Made by a program: the position numbers and the translations under genes. 64,000 nt of DNA from Stegostoma tigrinum (lineage: Eukaryota): assembly GCF_030684315.1 (NCBI RefSeq), contig NC_081387.1, forward strand, positions 9,506,822 to 9,570,821, in the 5' to 3' direction. The notes below the pieces were generated by a model, which saw only the letters and a program-made list of their open reading frames with translations, was not told the DNA's origin and did no database searches. Shown piece after piece: positions 1 to 12,726 of the stretch; position 1 is the first letter of the stretch, and each line of letters begins with the position of its first letter.

Positions 1-155
1 ACCAGAATATTTCCAATAATAGTCACTAGACTTAATGATCCCGTCATAATTATGATGAAGACTACTTTGATCATGGTATTATAAACACCACCTCCAATAT
101 CAAACAATCCAGATAGGTTACTGGGAGGGACATTTATCTCCGACGAGTTCCACAT
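1..155 (-). CDS. Muscarinic acetylcholine receptor M2-like, N-terminal 51 codons (continues beyond the left edge)
   Basis: Minus-strand translation from ATG at 155: MWNSSEINVPPSNLSGLFDIGGGVYNTMIKVVFIIIMTGSLSLVTIIGNIL(V). This matches CHRM2 TM1 (GSLSLVTIIGNILV) and has N-glycosylation sequons NSS and NLS. Whether the rest is intact cannot be seen. Confidence 0.88.
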   Translation of the reverse strand, partial: MWNSSEINVPPSNLSGLFDIGGGVYNTMIKVVFIIIMTGSLSLVTIIGNIL

Positions 156-321
156 CTTTTCATCTGGCTTCGCAGAATCCACACGGGTTATTTTTAAATT
201 CGGAAAAGAAACAAATAATTAGGATAATTGTCATACAACTGAGCGCTAATTGAAATTCTACCAACAAGAACTAAAGACAACTACTCCTAAAACGTTGATC
301 TTTCATTTTCCATTAAAAAAA

Positions 322-428
322 AACCTGCGGATGCTGTGAATCAGGAATAAAAACAAAGTTGCTGGAAAAGCTCAGCGGGTCTGTCTGAATCTTTTTGAGG
401 AACAAAAGACTGAGTTAACATTTCAAGT
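322..428. mobile_element. Short Penelope-terminus-derived repeat fragment
   Basis: aaagttgctggaaaagctcagcgggtctg...gagttaacatttc is homologous to 10718-10850 and 58870-59060. Confidence 0.6.
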
Positions 429-589
429 TAACGGTTAAATCTGTGATATCGAGCGTCTGTTTCCTACAGTCCCATATCCGTACAGTTCCATCTGTGGGAG
501 ACGAGGTTGAACATAACCTGAAGCTATAACTGTTATAGTTCATCCCCTTAGAATTTAAGGATTCGAGGAAATGGAACCCGGAACAGATC

Positions 590-3069
590 CAAGTGTTTGT
601 GCAGAAACCGACGAGCTTTAGCATGAATCCCATTTCTCGAACAAAATAAGGTATCCATACAGCTTTGTCCCCGAAGAATCACAACCTGACCCAGGTAAAA
701 TGTACGAAATATGTTGACCACAAAAGCATAAAATTCCCAAAGACACTGAACAGTAAAATGATCTATTTCCTTTGGCTCTGCACTTCTGAGTTCCCGGACA
801 TCTTACTGCTTTTACGATCATGGAATCTCGTGCTACTTCTACCAGAAAGTAATACATGCCCTATGATCAATGAAATTAGTAGTAGAATCAGAGCGATTGG
901 GACATCTGAGGCAATAATATAGTGAAAGAGTTTAACTCTTAACCATGCTGGTGAATCCATAACATTTCGTGATGCAAAACAAAACAAAGGAACATTCCAA
1001 CTTCTGCATTGATCTACCAGCGTAACATGTCGTGTGAAGTCTTTCAGGTGGTTCAGTGCAGTCACTGTTCCTGTCGTGATACTTGCTGCCTTCTCGGTGC
1101 AGTATTGACTCCTCAGCTTTTAGTTTAAAAAAAGCCACAGATCAATCATAAGTGAGAATGACGGTGTAACAGTCAGAACAATCTGGGGTAGCATGAGACA
1201 GATCAGCATGAATATTACATGCGGGGATGAAGTACTGTAAAGCAAACTGCTTCTAATAATAAAATAGAAGGTGTCTTATTATGAGGTGGGTAATGACAAA
1301 AAGATCTGTCAAAAGCATAGTCATTGCATAATGTGTAATACACTTGGAGAAACTGAGCTTTCCCTGAATTAAGGTCATAATTGACATAATGTTAACTGCG
1401 AAAATAAGACATAAAGAGTGACGTTTAATTTAGACTGAAATTGAACTGAACACTTTCATGGCGTACTTAGAAAATTTTAACATTTTATACAGATACGCAC
1501 GCTTGTATGGAGAGGTGTGTGTGTAAAAGTGTCCAACAAATTAATGCATCACACATATATATGCATATATTTGGTGTTGCATGAATGTGTTCGACACTTT
1601 CACTCCTACTGACGTACATTTTGCATTTTGTCGTTGAAGAAGCAAATGGTCATTTCGGAAACTCCTTAATCTATTTAGACTAAAAGCTAAGTGTGTACAT
1701 ATATCCAGAACGACTTGCATTTACTTATAAGGCTGCATAGACAAATAAAGGTTGGTTTTACCTCACGCTGACAAGAACATCTCCCCTCACTATCGGTATC
1801 AAGCCGAATCATTATGCTGGAAGATGCGGTGTGTTTTGTGACCATGTGTAGAGCAATGCTTCTTCAATGACGAAATGCAAAATGTATGTCAGTAGGAGTG
1901 AAAATGTGTTCTGTGCCGCTGGTCAGATTCAAAACCACATCAGAATAAAGTTATGAAATTTTGCATACTTTGATTGGTCATGACCTATGCTTTGGTATTA
2001 TATTCAGAGCATTAATGAACTTTCACAAGCTGACATTGATCAATTAACAAACGGAAATGAAAAAATAAAGTTATTTAGACACAAGCGGTGTTTTCTTTCT
2101 TACAAGTGCCGTATCCTCCACAATCTGTTGCCTGATTGTGATGCCTTTCCAACTCATACATGTCAAGATCGTATTCGTTTCTATGACGTCATCACGTGTA
2201 ACGACAATGTAATGAAGAGATACTTCAATTCTGGGGAAACACGTTAGCACTGATGAAACTTAGAAGCTGGATAGCTGACAATGTGGTATATCACATTAAA
2301 ATTAGGCAGTGTTAGGAGGTCGCCAATCTGATAAGCCAAGACAATGCCTGAGGTTCTGAATCACAAATATTGCAATGTAGATATGAAAATTATCAGCGCC
2401 AATTACTGCACAAAATTATCTCTAGCTGATGGATTTAATCATTTCATTTTGGTAGCTGTGGGCTGGAATCTCCAAACACTTATGACATGTGATTTTAGAA
2501 GTTCCAAAGCAGACATCAGCCATACAAGCAAGTCCAAAGCAGAAGTCAGCACACAGTAATGGCAAAGAAGATTTTAAAGTGTGATGTTCGAGGTACATTT
2601 GGCCCTTCCAGAACTCTCTTCCTCCATTAACCATGGGGCCAAGATTTTCAGCTGTCTTTGATAAAGCTTTAAGTTTCCTGTAATTAAACCATTCTAAATC
2701 ACTGTTGAAATGAGGATTTCATTATATGCAAACAGCTGATTTGGATTTCTGAATTCTGCTCTGACTTCACAAAGATTTTAATTTTCATCAGAAGCCTTTG
2801 GAGTGAATACATGGTGAAATAGAGGATTTTGAACTCAGACTTCACAATTTTTTTGTGCAAATCAAGTGTAATTGAAACATGAGTTCTTTTGAAACACCGT
2901 CAAAATATGGTAGTAGTTGAACGCCTCAATAAAATGATGAGAACAGTAATGTAGGGGTGCATAGTTCATAGCATAAAGAAAACTTACCAGGAATGTCGAT
3001 GGCAGTAAGCAGAGAATAGTATATCTTTTCAATATCAACAAAGAAGTGATGTGTCTGCCACTGATCCAT
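590..3069 (-). pseudogene. GPR139-like pseudogene A (exon 1 3069-2988, exon 2 1395-~590)
   Basis: Exon 1 reads MDQWQTHHFFVDIEKIYYSLLTAIDIP-G|gtaagt (phase 1). The acceptor tcttattttcgcag leads into VNIMSIMTLIQGKLSFSKCITHY...DCSDCYTVILTYD*...KLRSQYCTEK...NVPLFC...EVQSQRK*IILLFSVFGNFMLLW...GFMLKLVGFCTNTW, collinear with the intact gene. Stops at 1253-1255, 1142-1144 (Arg of the DR motif), 763-765 and 679-681; frameshift near 1130. Confidence 0.9.
1598..1903. repeat. 47-bp inverted repeat (arms 1598-1644 and 1857-1903)
   Basis: tttcactcctactgacgtacattttgcattttgtcgttgaagaagca versus the reverse complement of 1857-1903: 3 mismatches. Confidence 0.9.
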
Positions 3070-4139
3070 TCCTGTGAAGCCACTGATACCTGCTCGTGCC
3101 AGAGGTGCTGCTGCTGACACTGAGGGATAAAGCACATTGAATCAATCCCCTAATAAAAGAAGAAAATAAAGTCTCAAGAGACACAATTTGGGTCTATGGA
3201 GATTGATACTAGTTACAGTCGCTGAACAAATGCATTCATTTAGCCACGTTCAAAGCATCACCCCCTGTTATTCTGGCATAACTGTTAACCTGCGGGAAAT
3301 GTCGAGCATGCATGCATCCAACAAGTTCCAACTATAACTGAACATTTTACTTTTGGTTAACCCTTTGAGTCGTGAGGTACAGGATTTGCTGGTCTCTAAT
3401 TTCTCTAGATTCTCTTGTCAAACAGCTTCTTTTCAGTGTTCCCTCATCACTGCTAAACTGACTCGAAGCAGCATTGTCAAAAGTTGGACATTGTACCCCA
3501 CGTGTCAATATCTGTCATCTTCATATCTCACTTGCAGGTATTTATGCAGCACCTGGCTGGTTGTTAATCAATTTCTAACAAGTGGTGATTTTATGAAACA
3601 GGAAGGTTTTCAATACAATTACATCATTTGTCGTTGTCTTATCAATGAGCGTATGCTGTTACAATTCACACATTACAAGGCATCTGAGTTTCTGACTGGC
3701 ACTGACAAGAAATGTTAAGGACATACCTGAGACAGTAAAGTTGGCATTTTGTTCACTGTTTTCCTTGTCTGCCCTAAGTAGTTTAGGTGTCAACTCAAAA
3801 AAGAGTGCACTCCTTGTAGATTTGCGCTCTCATGTGCTCAGACAGGCAGCTGTTGCACCACAGTCTCTGTAACTGCAGATGCACCTACAGAATTTCCGAT
3901 GTGTGGAGATTTCAATGCCAATTGCGAGGTTGCATGGGCACTTGAATATATCAACATCCTCCAGCATCACATTGCTAAAGTGAACCGTTGGTGGAGTGTG
4001 GCACCGTCCAGAACTATTTCACTTGTTTCATGATAATGCTGGTAGGCCAAACACTTAATAATCCTGACAGTGTGCTTCAATTTGAAAGCGCTCATTGGTA
4101 TTTCATTTAATGTAGGATCAACAACTTCCAGAAATCTCT

Positions 4140-5812
4140 TTTTATATCTCTCTCAGGTTTGATGTCTCTTTTTACAACCTGGACAATTTTTTTTTATGGT
4201 TTGTCTTTGGTGGTCGTGTTTACACCATTCATCTTCCCTAAGAAGACATTGGGCCTCTTTACTGCCAGTAAACATCTGCTTGAGAATGTAACTAACCTTT
4301 TCACACTCATTTTTTGTTTGCCTTTCTAATTGTGCTTTCTCAGCAAAACATTACTAATTGCACTGTCTTAACAAAAGCATTAATTCAAATTCTTCTGATA
4401 AGAGCGAAATTCAATCACTTTACAGCTTTTCCAAGCCATTGAACAAAATTTGCTTAGACCCCCCAAACAACTCGGAGAGATGTTAACTTCAACAACAATT
4501 CAGTATATGTTAGGCATTTACTTTCAGGTCCAGTGTGTTAAAAAAAGACATCAGGACATTATATTAGGGTGTACAATACAAACAAAGAGAAGACAATGCT
4601 TCATTCTGTGGAGTACATTTTGCAAATTTACTTTCTGAGAAGAGAATCATGTTTAAAACATTCTCCGTGATACATAGTGGAGTAAATGTCCAATAAGTTT
4701 TACAGTTACAGAATCTGTGATTATTCTTCTACTGGGTTACAATACTTTAATCATGCTTATGATTAAACACTGAGAAATTCCTCCATCGGAGAAAGAACTT
4801 TCTCGATATCAACTTGTGTTTGATGATCGTATAGCTGTGTTACTTGGAGCGTTGGGATTGGTAAAATGCTACCTAGAGATAACTACCTAGCTCTGGCATG
4901 ACAAATGATAACCACCACTGCCTCTGACTTCATTTGACCCACATTCTTTGATACTGGACCTGTTGACTTTTCGATCACACTCTACATCACAGTGAGTTCT
5001 CTGCACCTGAAGGCAGTGAGGTAATTTGATGAAGTTATAGCAACAGTAATTGTTGCATGGGCCAGCAATCTGTTGAAAGTTAATCATGAGCATCCCCTAC
5101 TGCAAGTTGTAGTGGCCCACATTTAAGTCAACAAGATACCTGCTTGCAACTTTATCCACACAGCTAGGCTTGTACTTCTCCAAGTAGATAAGCTGAGATT
5201 CTCTGTCAGATGAAACATGAGGCAAGTTAATCAGGTTATTGTAAACAGGCAGTTGTAGGCATACAAAAATTCTAGTTATGGCATCTTTGTAAGGCATAAT
5301 TGAGCCACAGACTGAAATTTTATACTTAGTAAAAAGTAGAAAGAAAAGCCTGGTTCTACAGTATTCTGAGATGTGCAGGTAATTGTACAATTGGAAAGGC
5401 AAACAAAAAAAGACAGTGAAAAGGTTAGTTGCATTCTCGAGCAAATGTTTACTGGCAGTAAAGAGGGCCAAAGTCTTCTTAGGGAAGATTAATGGTGTAA
5501 ACAAGACCACCAAAGACAACCGGAAGAAAAATGTCCAGGTTGTAAAAAGAGACATCAAACCTGAGAGAGATAAAAAAAAGTTGAAACTTAATTGCAGATG
5601 TAGATGACTCAAACAATTTTTAATATCCAAAGGTCAAGGGAAGAGTGACAAAGACAGGTTGCAAAATATAAGGCGAAGATTTGGTTTTTGTCTCCTAGTT
5701 GTTTGTGGAATCAAAGCAAGTTTTGTTCAATGGCTTGGCAATATTGTAAAGTGACTGAACTTCGCTCTTAACAGAAGAATTTGAATCAATGCTTTTGTTG
5801 AGAAAGTACAAT
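4140..5812. repeat. Inverted, circularly permuted duplication of a ~300-430 bp segment
   Basis: 4140-4335 is the reverse complement of ~5385-5580, and ~4345-4455 is the reverse complement of ~5712-5812. Confidence 0.85.
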
Positions 5813-6954
5813 TCGTGATGGAAGATGTGTAAATTGCAATGATTTATTTATAAATGAAGTTTTAGTTCAAAATCCAATCATGGCATGTAAGTAACAGTTG
5901 TCGTAAAATGCAGTTGCAAATCTGAAAGGCTATTGGTTGATCTCTCAGGCTGATTCTTCTCAACTTGTCAGGTATGTTAAAGGAGCTTAACATTAGAGTT
6001 GATTTTGAAGACTTTATAATGATTCATAGAAATTAATATCTTTCCAATTCTTCCAAATTAAAGTTAGTACAGAATTTGGGGGATTCTTAGTGAAAAACAA
6101 TGATTTAGGTTACTAGTAAATGATGTGGTGCAGTTGTCAAATGAAGGATTAAACTTGTCAGAACCATTGCACGATCTCAAAGATAGATGATGGACATAGC
6201 TGCTAAACATCATAAGATTATAGGAAGGCCTAGGGCTGTCCACAAAATTGTCCATCAGTGATCCTATATTTACTAGATTGTACATAGATATTAGGGGAAT
6301 GTGGCTGACAGTGACATCAATGATGCATATAATTATTGTAACATGATGAGTAGAAAAATGTTGCAGTCTGTGATTGTCTCTGACATGTTCCACATATGGG
6401 ACAACAGAGCTCTGAAAAATGATCGCTTGTGCTAAGGTACATGGGCCTTGAGATTACTCTTTATATTTCTCTGACATTGAGTCAGAATTTTTCACACTCA
6501 TCTTTCTTATATTGGATGCAACAAAATCGCTTAACTTCTCTCAAATCAAACTGCAGTCCCTATCACTTGCCTAAAGTAACTGAGAAAGAGAGCTACAGAA
6601 CTTGAGCCATATTTTAGAACCTCCCTTTAAGTGATATTTTTAACTATTACAGTTATGTCTAGGCCTGCTAAACTGCAAAATTTTAATGAGATCCATTGTT
6701 TATGTCACCATTTATAGCTGCCTATCACAGGCATTTTAGACCCAGCATGTTGGCACTTAATTATGATGTATTCCTGATCATTGAACTTCATGACAAACTC
6801 TAATGTTCTTGTGGATGAGCCAAAACTAGTGCCCTACATAGCTGATCATTCAACTGGGTGAGTAACATTGAAAGCTGCAGCTGGCCCATAACATTTTATG
6901 GATTGCCACTCTTGTTCTGTTCAATTTGCTGAAAATATATTCCATTTAATGATT

Positions 6955-7460
6955 AAATGTAGAACATTGTACTTTACAGCACAGGAACATGACTTTTGTC
7001 CCATGATGCCTGAACCAGCCATGATGCCGCTCTAAACTAAAGCTAACTGTCTGTACATGGTCCATATACCTGTATGTCCTTCATGCTCATGTACCTGTCT
7101 AAATGCCTCATTTACTTAACATATCATCTGCTAAATTCTCCTCCTTGTGATACATTCCAGGCATATCCCAGCCTCTGTACATCTCCTTTTATCTCGTACC
7201 CCTCATCTTAAATCTATGCCCCTTGTATTTGACATTTTCACCCTGGAGAAAAAAAAAAGACTCCAACTATCTATCCTATTCATGCCTCTCATAACTTTAT
7301 ATGCTTCTGTTTGGTCGACCCTCAGCCTCCGAAAATCTTGTGAAAACATTTCAAATGTGCCCAATTTCTCCTTGTAACTGATATGCTGCAAATCACTATT
7401 GCTCCCTTTCCAAAGTCTCCACATCCTTCCTATATTGTGGTGACCAGGTTGCGCATAAAC
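6955..7460 (-). mobile_element. CR1-type LINE 3' fragment, degenerate
   Basis: RT C-terminal remnant (RRLRVDQTEAYKVMRGMNRID...SNTRG) and a CR1-like 3' tail. Confidence 0.75.
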
Positions 7461-8089
7461 ACTAGCCAGTTCATCCATCTTTACATTGTGATGTGCAATT
7501 GAGTTTTTTTTTGTTACCGTGTTAACATGAGATCTTGAGCCGTTGTGCATGAAACCAGTAGTTAAGTTGGATTTAGATCAAACATCAAGTTCTTCTGATT
7601 TCCTTGCACATAGCCTGAATTTAGCAGCTCCATATTTCATGACTTGAGTAGTCCAAATGATGGTGAAGATGTTAATATATTGTCAGTAAATGAGTTGGAA
7701 AACTCCACCCCAGATTTAACTAGACGTTCTTGAGCAATTTTGTATAAGTAGTTGTGTTTACTTTTTCAGGTGGCAAATACTGTGCCGCTTCAGCAGATGA
7801 CTTTTAACTAGATGGTCTGATTCGTCTCAAGTTCTGTTATTAACTGCATGGGCCCATGAAAGTAGGTGGTATTCCAATAGGTTTGTGCCCTGTAGATGTT
7901 ACACTGACTTTGAGTAGATTGGGTGGTGTATCGCTTGTTGCAAATTCCAAGCATTGGTCCACCTTTATCATCAGAATACTTAAATGCTGATCTGGTCAAA
8001 CAGAGGTATCATTCCATAGATTATAGGGCAGGTAGAAATGGTAATTACATCAAAAGCCTGGAGGGCATTCGATATGATGCCACACATAT

Positions 8090-9410
8090 TCACAATAATC
8101 TATTTCACAACATAAGTGTCCATATTGATAAACATAATATATTAGCTTATATGGAAGATTGGTCATCTGTTAGATAAGACAGAATTGTGACAATGGAGAA
8201 CTTTCAGGCTGGCAAACTGAAAATAGTGAATTGCCACATGTATCGGTTTTTGGGCCACAATTATATGAAATAAAAAAGAAAGTAAACTGAGATGCCAAGA
8301 ATGAAGCCAAATTGCAGTGAATCTACAGTGTAACATCAGTGTAGAAACAAAAAAACATGCTAGTTGGAAGACAATTTGGGAAAACATGACGTTATTCACT
8401 TCAGCAAGAAAAGGCACCACGCTGGCTGACTAAGTAACAACGTCACCTCCCGATGCCGCCAGTTTGGGTTCGATTCCACTCTCAGGTGGTTGGGAGCGTG
8501 AAGTGTGCACATTCTCCCTGTGTCTGCATGGATTCCTCTCACAGCACCAATATGTCCAGGTTAGATGGATTGACCATGCTAAATTGTGCAGATGGCTGAA
8601 CCATGGGAAATGCAATGTTATATGGGTAGATCTGGGTCAGAAGCTCTTTAGAGGGTCAGTGTGTTCTTGATTGGTTGAATGGCCTGATTTCACACAATAT
8701 GGATTCTATGGTAAAATGGATCTGACCATTTCTTTTTTAATGCAGTAGGCTGAAGCCAACATTGATGGGAGGTCCTCCTGCATGAGTTACAAAATTTAGT
8801 TACTTGTTCTGTAGATAATAGGAAAAGTAAATAGAATGCTGTCTTTTATTTCAAAATTGAAGTATGAATGTAGTCAGGGCTTATTTCAACTATGCAAGGC
8901 ACCAATCAGACTCCAACAAGAACATGGTGAATGGTTTTGTTATCCTAGTCGAAGGAAACAGTGACATTGGAAGCAGTCTACACAAGTTTGACTTGTATGA
9001 TCATAAGAATGCAGGAATATTCGTATTTCAGTTGTTTAGTATGCTGGGTTTGTGCTGATTAGAACTTCGAATTGTAAGTCTTTATTGAAACAGATAAGAT
9101 TCTTAGGGGGCTTGAAATTCTGAGAGGTCGTTTCCATTTGTGAGAGAGCCTGGTATTAAAGGTCATAATCATAAGGTACTGATTCACTGATTTAAGACAG
9201 AAATGAATAATTTCTTTCGTCAGAGGACAATGAATTTGTGGCATTCATTACTGCAAAGTGCCCTTGAGGCTGTCGTTATTAATAGTCAATATTGAGACAG
9301 CCACATTTTTTAAACAATAAACAAACAAACAAAAACGTAATGTAGAAAAGTCAGAATAGTTGATTTGAGAATGATTATATAAGCCATGATCTCATTGATT
9401 GATGGAGCTG
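8090..9410 (+). mobile_element. Old CR1 LINE RT/3' remnant interrupted by a SINE
   Basis: Degenerate CR1 RT nucleotide motifs (gaagattggtcatctgttagataagacaga; ggtattaaaggtcataatc; tgaatttgtgg). Confidence 0.6.
8412..8710 (+). mobile_element. HE1/V-SINE-type tRNA-derived SINE, degenerate
   Basis: B-box-like gggttcgattcc, V-domain-like tgcacattctccctgtgtctgcatgg, and a LINE-derived tail gaatggcctg...ggattctatg. Confidence 0.75.
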
Positions 9411-9965
9411 TCGGCAGTGGTGAAGGAACTGTGAGGAGTGTGGCAGTGGTTGTGGGCCCAGAGCGGTGAAAGTAAGAGGTCTGTTGCATGGAGCGGCTAT
9501 GGTTACAGAGCAGTGTGGGCTGGAAGTCCGGTGCGTGGATGCAACTGTGGTCCTGCGACCAACGTGGTAAGAGTGAGCCCGAAGGTTTGGTGATGGAGGC
9601 CCCTCCTTCATCTGCGACATGGACAGCAGGAAGCCTGAGGTTTCCTGGAGAACAGGTGAAAGCGGAGGACACCCAGCCCTTTTAAGAAAAAGTGTTGAAA
9701 ATTTAGTATTATTCCTTTATTTTTCCACTTAATACTGCGAAAAACTGCAATGTTAACTTTTAACTTTACTTCTTAATTTTTCTACTCATACCAAAAACAA
9801 CACTAATGCTCTAATTTTAACTTTGTTTCTCTTTATCGCTACTTGTAGCTAAGTTTTATACATAGCTACTTTTGTACCTGAGATAGCGCCATGTGCAGCA
9901 ACATTGTCTCCTTTTCACTATACTACTGTACTTCTACACTCGAGTACACCTGACATTAAAGCTAA
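9410..9965 (+). repeat. Unclassified interspersed repeat (related copy at 59275-59790)
   Basis: GC-rich 5' part and AT-rich 3' part with a shared tttgtacct...gagtacac(c/a)tgaca(t/a)taaa end. Confidence 0.5.
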
Positions 9966-10717
9966 AATGAAAAAAAACATTGTCTTACAGAAGGGTTACA
10001 CTGCCAGTTGCTGGAGATTTGTGGAATTACATTTTTGGAATGAGACGATGCTTGCCATTTAGCAATTTAGGTCTGTAATCTGTCTGCCTCATTTTTGTTA
10101 ACAAGAATGGTCTGATTCAGTATGAGACAAATTGTAAAAAGAGGTAATCACCTTTTGAAATCATGCTGAGGAAGAGGGATATTGGAGAATTAGATGTCAA
10201 ACATTGTAAGTATGGGCAATGCCCTAACTGAAGAATTTCCTGCTGCTTCACCGTTTACCTTCCTTACGTCATAAAGTTAGAAGTAGGTATCGTTAATGAC
10301 AAACTCACATAGGTTTAGGAAATGAAGAGTTAGGGTGAAGGAATTAACAGATGCACACGGAAATGAGAAGAAAATAATCATGATAATTCGTTGGAGTGGA
10401 AATAAATGAAATGGAGAAAAGTCAAGGGAGCAGCAGAAGAGACAAAGTAAAAAAAAGATCAAATGGAAACGGGAAAGTGAATTACATTTTTAAAGCTATA
10501 AAAGTCAGGATGCGAAAATAATAAAGGATAAATTACAAGACGGGCAAAGAAAGTGAAGAAGCTCCGTTGACAGAAACGAGGAGAAGTTGATGAAAAAGCA
10601 GCAGGAATTTGGAAAAATAAAATCATGAAAGAAGAGGTGCTTGGAGAACAACATATAGAGTGCATGTAAATATTGTGCACAAAGCTAAAGAAAATAGAAA
10701 AGTAAGTAGCAAGGAGC

Positions 10718-10850
10718 AAAAACGAAGTTGCTGGAAAAGCTCCGCAGGTCTGGCAGCACCTGTTCAGGAGAAAACAGAGTTAACGTTTCGGATCCGGTGA
10801 CCCTTCCTCAGAAGTGATTTACAGCATCAGCAGTTCTTCTGGTTTTCAGA
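10718..10850 (-). mobile_element. Short Penelope-derived element with a hammerhead-like core
   Basis: Minus strand 10811-10782: CTGAGGA-A-GGGTC-ACCG-GATCC-GAAACGTT, followed by the repeat body. Confidence 0.65.
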
Positions 10851-11129
10851 AAAGTTAGTAACGTTATTAAAACGTCCAATAAAACAAAAAAAGAAAGTTG
10901 AAGCAATGTGTTGAATCAGTAAATGAACGTGTAAAATACATGCCAGACTGATTGTTTTAAAATTAAGTTCAACCGTTGTGAACATTCGAGAACAAATAGA
11001 AATAGCATTGAATAAGCCGAGGAAAATATCTATTGGTAAAGAGTCATTTTGAGTTGAGTTGATTGTTTTACAAGAAATGTAGTAAATGTGAAATGAATCT
11101 TAAAGATCGTGCTCGTGGATTAAAGAACA

Positions 11130-11790
11130 AAACGTTACCAATTACTTCTCTCTGAACAGATGAGAAAGGAATTTTCATGACCAAATAAGTATAGTACACT
11201 TGGCAGCCCAGTCGGGCTCTGTGCTCATCGATGTACTTCAGGTTTACTTCCTTCTTCCATACTGCGTTGTGATTTGGACAATCTGAGTAGTTTGGCAAAT
11301 GCATGGCTGATGCGCTAAAATGTGGATACATATGAGGTTATTCATCTTGGTGACAACAACAGGAAGACTAATTGTTATTTTACTAGCAATAGATTGAGTG
11401 AAGACAATGTGCAATGAAATCTGGATGTCCTCATATGCTAGTCATTGAAGGTAAGCCTAAAAGTGCAGCAGGCACTAAGGAGGGGAAACTGTATGTCAGC
11501 CTTCATGGCGAGAGAATACGAGTGCACGAGGAGGGAGGTCTTGTTGCAATTCTACAGAGACATCTGAATACCCCGTGAAGGTTTGGTCTTATCATATGAG
11601 GAAAGATGTTCTGGCTATAGAGGCAGTACAGCTCAGGAAAACAGCAGCTTCACCCGTGAGAAGGGAGGATTTATGTGTGAGGAGAGGTTGAAAAAATATG
11701 ATTATGTTCAACAAAATTTAAGAAAGGAGATGGACTCATAGAAATGTATAAATTTCGAGACGGAATAGATAGACCAGATGCAATGAGGTA
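11130..11790 (+). mobile_element. Old CR1 LINE RT remnant
   Basis: Degenerate CR1 RT C-terminal nucleotide motifs (tgaggttattcatcttgg; gcagcaggcactaagg; gaggagaggttgaa). Confidence 0.6.
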
Positions 11791-11895
11791 ACTGTGCCAC
11801 AGTTGACACAGCGGTCACTTGCCTTATTCTGTGACTTAGCCATTTTTCTCAAAATAAATATCGCCTTGTTTCAGCGATACTTGTAAGTAAATAAA

Positions 11896-12726
11896 GCAAA
11901 TTAACATTCTACCTAAAATGTACACTGGAGAAAAAATCTCCATGGGAAAATAACGTGCCTGGGAAAGCGTCAATCAGATATGCAAACAACATGCATATGC
12001 AATTTTTTGATTCTGAAAATTTGAATTTATATTTCCTATCAACTCTAGAGATTCCCTTTCTCAGACATTTTGGAACTTAGCCTATGTGTTCGAGATAAAG
12101 ATTGGCATCTAGGCTTTACTGAGACACCTTAAAAATAAAATACCTGCTGGTCTGTCCTTGCAATTCAGTTATATCCATGTAACACATACACAGATTAGTT
12201 TTTCACTCTAAGTACAAAATTGACTAATATGTGCTTACTTCTGGATTATCATCAGCTCCTCAAGCAAAATTCCTCATTAAAAGTAGAACCAACATTTAGT
12301 GATCAATGTAAAAGCACAGCATTGAAAAATGCGTGAGAAAATGAACAAAAGATTTGGAATACATCTACCCAGGAAACAATTACAAATACATTATTCATAT
12401 TTTTTAAACTGAGCATAGTTAACATTGATCACCATAGAATATCATATATGCTTGCGTATGTAGAGTGAAACATAAATCACGTTTATCACCTTCACGCATT
12501 ACCCCATATTCCTCGTTATTTCGTTAAATGCTGAAGTCAATGTGCGATGTGTTGTACTGACTCATCATTGATGAATCAAAGTGGACTTGAGAATATAGTG
12601 TATATCTCTTTGTGGTCTTTGCATTTATATTTCATCTAAGATTATTTTCCATTCCTTTCCCAGGCACGTTATTTTCCCATGGAGATTTTTTCTCCAGTGT
12701 ACCTTTTAGGTAGAATGTTACTTTGC
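11896..12726. repeat. 72-bp near-perfect inverted repeat (arms 11896-11967 and 12655-12726)
   Basis: gcaaattaacattctacctaaaatgtacactggagaaaaaatctccatgggaaaataacgtgcctgggaaag versus the reverse complement of the second arm: 2 mismatches, 687-bp spacer. Confidence 0.92.

Noticed and set aside
415-633. ORF with a WD40-like DGTVRIWD motif
   Set aside because: A single isolated motif. The first part of this ORF is TM7 of GPR139-like pseudogene A, and there are no other WD repeats or exon structure.
3356-3372. TTAACCCTTT piggyBac-like terminus
   Set aside because: No partner inverted end found.
5383-5607. Lys-rich 74-aa ORF
   Set aside because: It lies in the duplicated segment, matches no family I recognise, and has no splice or start context.
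6064-6400. Minus-strand MWNMSET... and a hydrophobic stretch as another GPCR pseudogene
   Set aside because: Only a vague resemblance; no diagnostic motifs (GN, LAxxD, DRY) could be recovered by eye.
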